From assembly GCA_001000675.1 (NCBI GenBank), contig LCHW01000002.1, forward strand, positions 69,310 through 133,309: a stretch of 64,000 bases of DNA, in the 5' to 3' direction. How positions within the stretch are numbered: the first letter of the stretch is position 1; every line of letters starts with the position of its first letter. This document shows, in pieces, positions 1 to 8,227 of this stretch. Under the pieces are notes generated by a model, which did no database searches, was not told the origin of the DNA, and saw only the letters and a program-made list of their open reading frames with translations. Origin of the DNA: Candidatus Wolfebacteria bacterium GW2011_GWE2_44_13. Lineage in GTDB: Bacteria > Patescibacteriota > Minisyncoccia > UBA6257 > UBA9933. The translations under genes and the position numbers were made by a program.

Positions 1-1876
1 TGGAGCAACCGAAGATCGCATCAGCATGATCGAGCTCGCAGGAAACGAAGCAACTGAAGAAGAAGTTGCGGAAGGGTTTGCCGAAGCACATGAAGCCATA
101 AAGAAAATGTGTGCATTCCAGAAGGAAGTGCAGGCAAAGATTGGTAAAAAGAAGTTAGAAGGCATCCTTGTTGAAACCAACGAAGCACTTGTAAAAGCAG
201 TGCACGATTTTTTGGAAGGAAAATTGGAAGCAGGAGTATATGGAACCGATAAGGCAGAATTAGGGCGCAAGATGCACGGTATTAAGACGGACTTAATTGA
301 GCACCTTAAAGAAGCGGGACATGAAGATTTAGGAAAAGTAGATGCAATACTTGAAGTGGAAGTTGATGCATTAATGCACAAAAACATTTTGGAGCAGAGC
401 CGCCGACCGGATGGACGCGCAATGGACGAAGTACGCGCACTCTATGGAGAAGTGGGTATGTTTAAACGACTGCACGGAACAGGATTGTTTATGCGTGGAG
501 CAACACAGGCACTCGCAGTAACAACATTGGGAGCCCCTGGAGACGAACAACTCGTAGAAACAATAGAAACATCAGGAAAAAAACGTTTTATGTTGCACTA
601 CAACTTCCCGCCGTATTCAACGGGTGAAGTAAAGCGCATGGGAGGAGTAGGACGACGCGAGCTCGGACATGGTGCATTGGCAAAAAAGGCCATCGAATGG
701 ATGCTTCCAACGCAGGAACAATTCCCGTATGTTATCCGCGTAGTTTCTGAAGTACTCGGATCAAACGGTTCTTCTTCAATGGCAACAACGTGCGCAACAA
801 CATTGTCGTTAATGGACGCGGGCGTACCATTAAAGAAAATGGTTGGCGGTATCGCAATGGGACTTGTTATGGATCACGCCGGAAATTATAAGGTGCTAAC
901 TGATATCCAAGGACCAGAAGATCATTATGGCGATATGGATTGTAAGGTAGCGGGGACGACCGACGGTATTACCGCCATGCAAATGGATGTAAAAATTGAA
1001 GGAATCACAATTCAAATCTTGAAAGATACATTAGCTGCTTCAAAGAAAGCGCGATTGCACATTCTCGATGTGATGCAGAATGTAATCGCAGAGCCACGCA
1101 AAGAGTTGTCTCCATTTGCTCCATCAATCATCTCTATGAAGATTGATCCAGAGCGCATTGGTGCAGTTATTGGTTCAGGAGGTAAGGTGATCAACGGTAT
1201 TATTGCCGACACTGGTGTTATTACAATAAATATCGAAGAGGATGGCATGATATCGATTGCAGCAATCGGTCATGAAAAAGCAGAAGCCGCAAGAAAGATT
1301 ATTGAAAGCATTTTGAAGGAATATGAAATAGGAGAAGTAGTACACGGTAAAATCGTGAAGCTGCTCGACTTTGGAGCTGTTGTTGATCTTGGGGGAGGAC
1401 GCGATGGCATGGTGCACATTTCTGAATTCAAAAACGGATTTGTGGAAAAGATTAATGATGTTGCAAAGATTGGTGATGAAGTAGTTGCGCAGGTTATCCG
1501 TGCAGAGCAGGGTAAGCTTTCGCTTTCCATTAAGGCAATGTTGCCAAAAGATGATCGTGCCCCAAAGCATGATGAGCTCTCACAGTCTGAGCACCAAGGA
1601 GGTGGGAGATCTGAAGGAGCGCGTCCATCGCATAGCGGAGGACCACGCGGAGGGCATGGTGGTGGACACACAGGAGGACGAGGTGATCGCCCAGGAGGAG
1701 GCGGAGGACATCAAGGAGGATTCGGTGGAAGCCGCAGACCACGCAACGAAGAACAAGAGCCGTATCGACCAGCTGAAATAAAGCCAGCCGAGTGGCCTCA
1801 TTCTGGAGGAAAAGACATAAAAGGAAAATCACTTGAAGAAGTGCTTAAAGAGTTAGAGGGCGGAATCTCGAACTAA
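1..1876 (+). CDS. pnp: Polynucleotide phosphorylase (PNPase). The 5' end is cut by the window edge (reading frame from position 2). KH and S1 domains are followed by a Gly/His-rich low-complexity C-terminal tail.
   Basis: Translation carries PNPase second-core motifs (RPDGR..., GTGLFMRGATQAL, FMLHYNFPPYSTGE, GSNGSSSMA, MDCKVAGT). A KH motif (VIGSGGKVI) and S1-like domain follow, then a GGHGGGHTGGRGDRPGGGGGHQGG tail. Confidence 0.9.
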   Translation, partial: GATEDRISMIELAGNEATEEEVAEGFAEAHEAIKKMCAFQKEVQAKIGKKKLEGILVETNEALVKAVHDFLEGKLEAGVYGTDKAELGRKMHGIKTDLIEHLKEAGHEDLGKVDAILEVEVDALMHKNILEQSRRPDGRAMDEVRALYGEVGMFKRLHGTGLFMRGATQALAVTTLGAPGDEQLVETIETSGKKRFMLHYNFPPYSTGEVKRMGGVGRRELGHGALAKKAIEWMLPTQEQFPYVIRVVSEVLGSNGSSSMATTCATTLSLMDAGVPLKKMVGGIAMGLVMDHAGNYKVLTDIQGPEDHYGDMDCKVAGTTDGITAMQMDVKIEGITIQILKDTLAASKKARLHILDVMQNVIAEPRKELSPFAPSIISMKIDPERIGAVIGSGGKVINGIIADTGVITINIEEDGMISIAAIGHEKAEAARKIIESILKEYEIGEVVHGKIVKLLDFGAVVDLGGGRDGMVHISEFKNGFVEKINDVAKIGDEVVAQVIRAEQGKLSLSIKAMLPKDDRAPKHDELSQSEHQGGGRSEGARPSHSGGPRGGHGGGHTGGRGDRPGGGGGHQGGFGGSRRPRNEEQEPYRPAEIKPAEWPHSGGKDIKGKSLEEVLKELEGGISN

Positions 1877-1888
1877 ATAGGGAAAACA

Positions 1889-1926
1889 AAAAGGCTCGCT
1901 CGTTGTATAATGAGTGAGCCTTTTTA
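1889..1926 (+). terminator. Intrinsic terminator after pnp: GC hairpin ggctcgctcg...cgagtgagcc followed by a T-run.
   Basis: Inverted repeat followed by TTTTT, seen directly. Confidence 0.6.
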
Positions 1927-2069
1927 TGGAGAACAACAGGTGCTATATATTTCGTCTTGCGATGACGGAATATGTCCAAATGTACGACCGTATATTTGGA
2001 CATAGGTATAAATGGAAGCTAAGTAAAAGTAAAAAAAGAGCGGCGCACATGTGCGTCGCTTTTTTGCGG

Positions 2070-2501
2070 TTATCGAATTCTTACGGGCAAGCCTTCTCGC
2101 GATAACGCTTCCATAGGGAAGCTACCATCGCGCAAGTCGCGGATACTACTGTTGTAGCTACTAGCAGTGATGGCGCGTTCTTTGCGAAGCCAGTGGAGGT
2201 TAGAGAGAATCGCATAATATTCAGCGATAGCACCCTTCGTTTCAAGCGGGCCTGCCTCAATCTGGTCAAGACGTAGTTCTTTCGCTGCAATCTCACTGTC
2301 GAATTTCTGAACAGTTCGTAGTAGCTCCGTAAACGTAGTAACCTGTGATTTCTCAAGTACCTCCGCTTGTGCAGAATCTATCGGCTTAAGGTAAAAAACA
2401 GCTGCAAGCGCAAGAGCAATAATAATGCCACATGCGGCGGCGCCATACGGGTTGCCGATAAAATTGCCAAACCGAGAGGGGATTTCCCTACGTTCAGACA
2501 T
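2070..2501 (-). CDS. Hypothetical small membrane-anchored protein (N-terminal TM helix, charged C-terminal part).
   Basis: ORF with internal ATG at 2501 preceded by a GGAAGG RBS. The longer ORF-track extension lacks an RBS. Hydrophobic stretch GAAACGIIIALALAAVFYL. Confidence 0.45.
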   Translation of the reverse strand: MSERREIPSRFGNFIGNPYGAAACGIIIALALAAVFYLKPIDSAQAEVLEKSQVTTFTELLRTVQKFDSEIAAKELRLDQIEAGPLETKGAIAEYYAILSNLHWLRKERAITASSYNSSIRDLRDGSFPMEALSREGLPVRIR

Positions 2502-2577
2502 GGTGATTCCTTCCGTGTGCAAAGATAAAGATACTGAGTATTGTATACAAATTTGTAAGAGATAAGTCAACAATAAA

Positions 2578-2611
2578 TTAAAACTCCTCCGCCAATTGGC
2601 GGAGGAGTTTT
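2578..2611. terminator. Bidirectional intrinsic terminator (aaaactcctccgccaattggcggaggagtttt) shared by the convergent genes 2070..2501 and rpsT.
   Basis: Perfect 12 bp stem flanked by an A-run and a T-run. Confidence 0.7.
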
Positions 2612-2614
2612 AAT

Positions 2615-2881
2615 TTATTTTGCAGGAGTTGCGATCTTCTTTGAAAGTCGTGACTTTAAGCGGCTTGCCTTGTTCTTCTTGATAATGTTGGTCTTAGCAG
2701 CTTTATCAAGCTTCTTGAACACTGTCGAAAGCTGTTTTTCAGCTGCCTCAGGATTCTTTGCGATAACAAGTTTCTTATATTCCTTGATGGATTCCTTTAA
2801 CGTGTCTTTCTGTTTAACGTTACGGATCTTGCGTCGGATATTCTGGCGATTTGCCTTTTCTGCTGTCTTTGTATTTGGCAT
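2615..2881 (-). CDS. rpsT: 30S ribosomal protein S20.
   Basis: 88 aa, MPNTKTAEKANRQNIRRKIRN... Lys/Arg-rich, typical of S20. Confidence 0.85.
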   Translation of the reverse strand: MPNTKTAEKANRQNIRRKIRNVKQKDTLKESIKEYKKLVIAKNPEAAEKQLSTVFKKLDKAAKTNIIKKNKASRLKSRLSKKIATPAK

Positions 2882-2904
2882 AGTGTCTGATAAATAGTGT
2901 CTCC

Positions 2905-2933
2905 ATACTACATTTTTTGGCCAGGGATGTCAA
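2905..2933 (-). promoter_or_regulatory. Putative rpsT promoter. Minus strand reads TTGACATCCCTGGCC (-35), 17 bp spacer, then TAGTAT (-10).
   Basis: Hexamers read on the minus strand. The extended -35 TTGACATCCCTGSC is shared with the promoter at 3590..3618. Confidence 0.4.
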
Positions 2934-2985
2934 CCGTACGCGCAGGAAACAAAAAACCGACAGATGCCCCTGTCGGTTTAAAGTA

Positions 2986-3525
2986 TTAAGAAGCGCGATT
3001 TTCTCGTTTAGTAAAAATATCAGCGCACTCCGCGCTCCCAAAGTCAACAAACGAATCAAACATTGCATGAAGTTTTAGGTCTGTGTCGCGAAGAAAGGAA
3101 GCTCCTTCAACTCGAACGCCTTGTTCGTGAAGATATTGTACGAGTGGTATGTAATCACCGTCTCCGCCGACAAGTATAGCAACGTCAATTCTAGAGGCGG
3201 TTCTAACCGCTGCAATTGCAAGGTCAAGATCGCAATTGCCCTTCATTACGCCTCCCGAATGTGCTTTAAGGGGCTTAGTGATTACTTGAAAGCCAATGTT
3301 GTGCATTACTTCAAAGAAAGCATTTTTAGAATCATCTTCCAGAGAGACATCGAAAAATTGTGCAGAGTGTAATGTCCTCTTTCCCAGTAATTTTGCAAGA
3401 ATTTTGCGGTAGTTAATATGTCCTGCGGGATAATTGCGCTTGGTGCTCTTGTAGACGTTTGCTGCGTCAACAAAGATAGCAACTCTAGCAAGTTCAGTTC
3501 GGTGAATGTAGGCTTGTGAGCTCAT
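2986..3525 (-). CDS. NYN-domain / LabA-like (PIN-like) protein.
   Basis: VAIFVDAANVY..., ILVGGDGDYIPLV and DLDLAIAAV motifs are typical of the NYN/LabA family. Start set at internal ATG 3525 with a GAGGAG RBS. The promoter motif lies inside the longer ORF-track extension. Confidence 0.65.
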   Translation of the reverse strand: MSSQAYIHRTELARVAIFVDAANVYKSTKRNYPAGHINYRKILAKLLGKRTLHSAQFFDVSLEDDSKNAFFEVMHNIGFQVITKPLKAHSGGVMKGNCDLDLAIAAVRTASRIDVAILVGGDGDYIPLVQYLHEQGVRVEGASFLRDTDLKLHAMFDSFVDFGSAECADIFTKRENRAS

Positions 3526-3589
3526 TCTAAAATACTCCTCTAATGTGGTGTATATCCCGAGGGCATTCGGGTTGGGAAAGAACATCCTC

Positions 3590-3618
3590 ACTATGATGAA
3601 TATTGGCAGGGATGTCAA
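3590..3618 (-). promoter_or_regulatory. Putative promoter of the NYN gene. Minus strand reads TTGACATCCCTGCC (-35), 17 bp spacer, then CATAGT (-10).
   Basis: Same extended -35 as the rpsT promoter, seen directly. Confidence 0.4.
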
Positions 3619-3665
3619 TATAAACAAAAAGGCCGCAACTTAGGGGTCGCGGCCCGAGAACACGC

Positions 3666-4031
3666 TCAATGATTGGTCTTGCAGATAGTGCGCATGAGTG
3701 TGGTTGTAATAAGCTGGTAGTCGAGTAACCACCACCCGCCTCCAGCTAATCCGCCAAAGAGGATGTCGCCAGAGAAATAGCCGACAGTGATGCCAATAGC
3801 AACGTCTCCAACAAAGAGGAGGAGGAAGTCAAAATGGATACAAAGAAAGAGATGCTTAAAGAACAGGAGTGAGATCTTCTTATTATGGCGATAAGCCTCA
3901 AAAAGGCAGAGGGCAAAACGAACGCCAAGAATAATAAGAGCGACGGCACAGATCCACTGAAAGATATGGAAATGTAATGCGATTGCGGAGCCAGTAAGGC
4001 TTGCCGCACATACAGCCAGAAATAGCTTCAC
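3666..4031 (-). CDS. Hypothetical polytopic small membrane protein.
   Basis: 121 aa with 3-4 hydrophobic segments. A hairpin terminator sits at 3628..3660 on the minus strand. Confidence 0.4.
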   Translation of the reverse strand: MKLFLAVCAASLTGSAIALHFHIFQWICAVALIILGVRFALCLFEAYRHNKKISLLFFKHLFLCIHFDFLLLFVGDVAIGITVGYFSGDILFGGLAGGGWWLLDYQLITTTLMRTICKTNH

Positions 4032-4088
4032 GGCAAACCCTCCTATAGTGGTAGCGTTGGATTAAAGGAATCTGATTTAAGTACATCA

Positions 4089-4104
4089 AATATGCCGGCA
4101 TATT
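4089..4104. promoter_or_regulatory. Perfect 16 bp palindrome AATATGCCGGCATATT in the divergent promoter region upstream of ruvA. Candidate operator.
   Basis: Exact reverse-complement symmetry, overlapping a TTGACA on the minus strand. Confidence 0.3.
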
Positions 4105-4149
4105 GTCAATGGCTTTCTATGCAGTAGGGGATTAGGTATACTTAAAAAA

Positions 4150-4731
4150 ATGATCTACTCGCTAAAAGGAAACGTTATCGTAAAAAAAGGGACATGGGCG
4201 GTTATTGAAACGAACGGGATTGGGTTTCGGGTTGCTTTGGCGAGCCGTGATAGCGCTCAGCTTCCAGCTATTGGATCTATTGCGCAAGTATTTTGTTCGA
4301 TGGCTGTTAAAAAAGATGGCATAGAATTGTATGGGTTTTTAAGTGAGCGCGATCTGGACATGTTCGATTTACTAACCACTATTAGTGGGGTTGGTCCTAA
4401 AACAGCACAAACTATTCTTGGCGCAGTGGGGACGGATATGTTATTGGCGACCGTTGAGCAGAAGAAGACAGACACATTAGCAGAATTTCCAGGAATCGGA
4501 AAAAAGAAAGCGGAACGTATTATTTTAGAATTACGAGATAAGATTAAAAAAATGGATGCTGGAGAAGCGATTGAGTTTCACGAGGGAGATAAGGATGTAA
4601 AAGATGCGTTGAAGCAAATTGGATATAAACAAGGAGAAATAGATGAGGCGCTTAAGGCATTGCCGAGTGATTTACAGGGAACGGAGGTGCGCTTAAAAGC
4701 AGCGCTCAAAATAATAGGAAAGCATAAATAA
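4150..4731 (+). CDS. ruvA: Holliday junction DNA helicase subunit RuvA.
   Basis: N-terminal OB domain (IYSLKGNVI...GIGFRV), two HhH motifs (ISGVGPKTAQTIL; FPGIGKKKAERIILEL) and the C-terminal domain III. Confidence 0.88.
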   Translation: MIYSLKGNVIVKKGTWAVIETNGIGFRVALASRDSAQLPAIGSIAQVFCSMAVKKDGIELYGFLSERDLDMFDLLTTISGVGPKTAQTILGAVGTDMLLATVEQKKTDTLAEFPGIGKKKAERIILELRDKIKKMDAGEAIEFHEGDKDVKDALKQIGYKQGEIDEALKALPSDLQGTEVRLKAALKIIGKHK

Positions 4732-4736
4732 GAATC

Positions 4737-6065
4737 ATGGAAAAACTTTTTAAATGGGGGAGAAAAATAATACCAAAATCAATTTTTGAGTTTTTTCAGC
4801 CGGCGTATCATTTTCTCTTGGCGTTTGCAGGCGCAGCGCTGTATTGGTTTCCATCGCGAAAAATGACAGTCATTGGAGTAACAGGAACAAAAGGCAAAAC
4901 AACAGCATGTAATATGATTGCGCATGTCTTGCAGGAAGCAGGACATAAAACAGGGATGACAACCACCGTCAATTTCCGCATCGGCGAAAAGGTGTGGACG
5001 AATGAAGCAAAGCAAACCATGCTCGGGAGATTCCAACTACAGAAAATGCTGCGACGCATGGTAGAGGCAGGATGCGAATATGCGGTAGTGGAAACATCTT
5101 CAGAAGGTATCATGCAATTTAGGCATACGTTTGTTGATTATGACATTGCCGTGTTTCTAAATCTTTCACCTGAGCATTTAGATCGACACAAAGGGTTTGA
5201 AAATTATCGCGCAGCGAAGATGAAGCTGTTTAAAAAAATTGCAAATAAGGGGACGGGTATCGGAATATTTAACCTGGACGATGAACATGTCGAGCACTTC
5301 ATAGGGATTTCACAAGCTGCACAGTATGGATATACCGTATCGCATAAAAAAGCGCATGACGCAGATGCAGTACGACGCATTGTAGAATTAAAAAATATAC
5401 AACTAAGCGGAGCAGGGTCTGAATTTGACGTGAATGATGAGCATTTCATACTGCCACTCGTTGGGGCATTTAATGTGCAAAATGCAGGTGCTGTCATTTG
5501 TGTGGCGCTTTCACAACACATTGCCCTAGACCAAGTGCGAAAAAGTCTGGCAACATTTAAGGGTGTTTCAGGGCGCATGGAAATTGTGCCGAACGATAAG
5601 GGGTTCGCCGTAGTTGTGGATTACGCACACGAACCAAAGAGTCTTGAAGCGGTATATAAGGCAGCCACGGATTGTGATTTGAAACAGGCGGGCGGGAGAT
5701 TGATTGGCGTATTTGGGGCAACGGGTGGTGGGCGAGACAAATGGAAGCGTCCTGTTATGGGTGAGATAGCCGCATATTATTGCGACGAAATAATTCTTAC
5801 CAATGACGACCCATATGATGAAGATCAAAAAAGCATTATTGCCGATATTCGCGCAGGCATCGAACATGCGCCATTTATAAAAGGAAACATCCATGAAATT
5901 GTTGACCGACGGGAAGCTATTCGCACCGCGCTAAGCCTTGCGAAACCAGGAGATGCCATTGTGCTTACCGGCAAAGGAGGGGAGACAGTAATGGTTGTTG
6001 AAAATGAAAAACGAATTCCGTGGGATGAACGGAAGATTGTCGAAGAAGAGCTTGGAAGGTTGTAA
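4737..6065 (+). CDS. murE: Mur ligase family protein, most like UDP-N-acetylmuramoyl-tripeptide ligase MurE.
   Basis: GVTGTKGKTT P-loop, Mur ligase middle-domain motifs (DYDIAVFLNLSPEHLDRH) and C-terminal DYAHEP...TNDDPYDED. Confidence 0.75.
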   Translation: MEKLFKWGRKIIPKSIFEFFQPAYHFLLAFAGAALYWFPSRKMTVIGVTGTKGKTTACNMIAHVLQEAGHKTGMTTTVNFRIGEKVWTNEAKQTMLGRFQLQKMLRRMVEAGCEYAVVETSSEGIMQFRHTFVDYDIAVFLNLSPEHLDRHKGFENYRAAKMKLFKKIANKGTGIGIFNLDDEHVEHFIGISQAAQYGYTVSHKKAHDADAVRRIVELKNIQLSGAGSEFDVNDEHFILPLVGAFNVQNAGAVICVALSQHIALDQVRKSLATFKGVSGRMEIVPNDKGFAVVVDYAHEPKSLEAVYKAATDCDLKQAGGRLIGVFGATGGGRDKWKRPVMGEIAAYYCDEIILTNDDPYDEDQKSIIADIRAGIEHAPFIKGNIHEIVDRREAIRTALSLAKPGDAIVLTGKGGETVMVVENEKRIPWDERKIVEEELGRL

Positions 6066-6150
6066 TAATTACTTTTGACTTTTGAGTTGGCGAATGGTAT
6101 GAAAGAGGTAGTAAATTTACGACAACCCCTTACGTGTGCAAGGAGGCGAC

Positions 6151-6675
6151 ATGAATGGAAAGCAATATGACGCAATCGTGGCTTTCCCGTTTGGGAAAGC
6201 GGTTAGGCACAAGTCGGCCAATTGGCACATAGCCATGAGGGCAATAATACTTGCCTCCATACACAGTGTGCCTGTTGTGGCGCACGAAAGACTTCCCATA
6301 AAGACAATTGCACGCAAGTATGCAGAAGGTGCGAAAGTGCGGGAGTTGTCGATTGAGCTGATCGGCGGGGAAACGATTCTTGATGCGGCAGGCAATTTCT
6401 ATGCGTTTGCTGGGCGTGAGACGTGGAAGAATATCCTGCTCGTTTCGATGCCCTTTGTTTCGGAGCGCTGTGTTCGCGATATCGGGAAGGCGAGCGGGGG
6501 GAGATTTAACGTGACTCCTGAAAGTGAGCTGCAAAGGCTGAGTGTGTCGACTTGGTTTAGTCGCAGCGAAAAAAGGCTTTCTGCTCGACACCCGCTGATC
6601 TTCGGCATGAGCGAGTTTGGTTTACGCATGTTGCCATGGGCTGCCTATGAAGCCTTGGCAAAATCAAAGCCGTGA
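6151..6675 (+). CDS. Hypothetical protein, first gene of a GC-rich island.
   Basis: AAGGAGG RBS before ATG 6151. A hairpin plus T-run terminator follows at 6690..6712. GC content is clearly above its flanks. Confidence 0.5.
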   Translation: MNGKQYDAIVAFPFGKAVRHKSANWHIAMRAIILASIHSVPVVAHERLPIKTIARKYAEGAKVRELSIELIGGETILDAAGNFYAFAGRETWKNILLVSMPFVSERCVRDIGKASGGRFNVTPESELQRLSVSTWFSRSEKRLSARHPLIFGMSEFGLRMLPWAAYEALAKSKP

Positions 6676-6741
6676 GCGCAGGTGACGCACGAGCCCGCCC
6701 TTGAAAAAGGGTGGGCTTTTTTGTGGATAAAAAATGCTCCC

Positions 6742-7143
6742 CTAGAAGGGGAGCTTTTTACCAAACAGGTCGAGTTGCTCAGTCGGCGAAGCCGGCTGAA
6801 CAACAGACTGAGGAATCTCCTTGGTAGTCACTGTGGTAGTGACCGTAACGATGACTTTGTCATCATCAAGAAGATCGACATCGGCATACCGCGGACGCTC
6901 GGCGGAGGGGGGGTGGAGTATAAATTGTGCCATCTTGCGGCACGCTTCGTACTCCGGGTCGGTCAGCCGCTGTGACGGGTTGCGAGCAATCGCTCGGTCC
7001 GACGCATAGCGTGACTCGACCTTGACCCCGCGCCCCATGGGGACGAAGTGGAGGATAAGTTCAACCTCCCCCTCAATCTCCACCCACTCCGGTGGAGTGT
7101 TCTCCGTATCTCGACGGAGCTCTTTCGGGCCGTTGTCGGGCAT
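6742..7143 (-). CDS. Hypothetical protein (GC-rich island).
   Basis: 133 aa ORF with a minus-strand hairpin terminator at 6722..6752. Co-directional with and 25 bp downstream of 7169..7483. Confidence 0.5.
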   Translation of the reverse strand: MPDNGPKELRRDTENTPPEWVEIEGEVELILHFVPMGRGVKVESRYASDRAIARNPSQRLTDPEYEACRKMAQFILHPPSAERPRYADVDLLDDDKVIVTVTTTVTTKEIPQSVVQPASPTEQLDLFGKKLPF

Positions 7144-7168
7144 GAGAGGACCTCCTTTCGGGTGGGGG

Positions 7169-7483
7169 TTAGTGGGCCATTTGCTTGGCGCGCTTGTCTT
7201 CAGCGCGCCAATTGAGCAGGCCGCCGATGCCGAGGATGCAGATACCGAGGTATCCGTTCCCGAATCGCTGGGTGTAGAAAAAGTGCGCCCAGGGGTCGAT
7301 TTCCATGCGTCCTACCGACATCGGCACCTTGAGGACGTCGATGAGGAGGACATGACCCCCTCCTGCGACGAGCAGGAGAAAGCCGGCTATCATGATCCAC
7401 ATGGCACGAATTTCGGCTACCGACAGCTTCGGGGCCAGGGTCGAACGAGTTGAGGTCTTCATAAGGGAAGATCCTCCTTTCAT
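7169..7483 (-). CDS. Hypothetical small membrane protein (GC-rich island).
   Basis: 104 aa with two hydrophobic segments (WIMIAGFLLLVAGG; YLGICILGIGGLL). AGGAGGA RBS before the ATG. Confidence 0.5.
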   Translation of the reverse strand: MKGGSSLMKTSTRSTLAPKLSVAEIRAMWIMIAGFLLLVAGGGHVLLIDVLKVPMSVGRMEIDPWAHFFYTQRFGNGYLGICILGIGGLLNWRAEDKRAKQMAH

Positions 7484-7598
7484 AATTTATTTAGTTGCTA
7501 ACTACTTTATACACTACTTGACATATTTTGTCAATAGTTGCGCAATATGGAGAAAGTGCCTCCTTGTAGCTTGTTATTTACCCCAGTATACTGAATAT

Positions 7599-8153
7599 AT
7601 GACCGAGTATTATACCGAGGCATTTGTGCTCGACAAAGAGGACTTTAAGGAACATGACGGCATGATCCACCTCTATACAGAAGAGCTAGGAAAGGTGTCG
7701 GCACGAGCAAGGGGGCTTAAAAAAATACTTTCGAAATCAAGCGCACACTTGGAACCGCTCAATTTTGTGCGTGTGCGGTTAATGCAGATGAAGAGCGGAT
7801 ACTTTCAAATAATAGACGTATTACCGCACCACGAAGTTTCAGTAACAGAAAAAAAGAAGAGCCAACAGCATTGGGGAATCTTATTCGCCATGGCAACATT
7901 TATTAATAAAATGACCCCTGAGTTACACCCCGATCAATACTTGTGGAATATGATTAAAAAGATTGCGGGAGTTGAGGTGGACGAAGCGACAATGTATCAA
8001 TTTCTATTAAAAGCATTTGGCTTTGATCCGCAGTACGCAGTGTGTAACGCATGCCAGCATTCTGATGTGCATTATTTCTTGCACGATGACCATGGGTTTT
8101 ATTGCAAGGGGTGTGCTTCAAATATAGGTTCAAATGCGGTATTATTAAGGTAG
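7599..8153 (+). CDS. recO: DNA repair protein RecO.
   Basis: N-terminal OB fold (YTEAFVLDKEDFKEHDGMIHLYTEELGKVSARARG) and C-terminal C4 zinc finger (CNACQ...CKGC). Start set at ATG 7599. The ORF-track extension overlaps the divergent promoter. Confidence 0.75.
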   Translation: MTEYYTEAFVLDKEDFKEHDGMIHLYTEELGKVSARARGLKKILSKSSAHLEPLNFVRVRLMQMKSGYFQIIDVLPHHEVSVTEKKKSQQHWGILFAMATFINKMTPELHPDQYLWNMIKKIAGVEVDEATMYQFLLKAFGFDPQYAVCNACQHSDVHYFLHDDHGFYCKGCASNIGSNAVLLR

Positions 8154-8227
8154 AAAACGGAAGAGAGATACGTATTCCCTCCATTGTATTGGTCGGTGCT
8201 TGTTTCTTGTAATCCGTTCTTTACCTT

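Noticed and set aside
1914-2105. 63-aa ORF between pnp and the downstream minus-strand gene
   Set aside because: It spans two terminator hairpins and an inverted repeat, and has no RBS.
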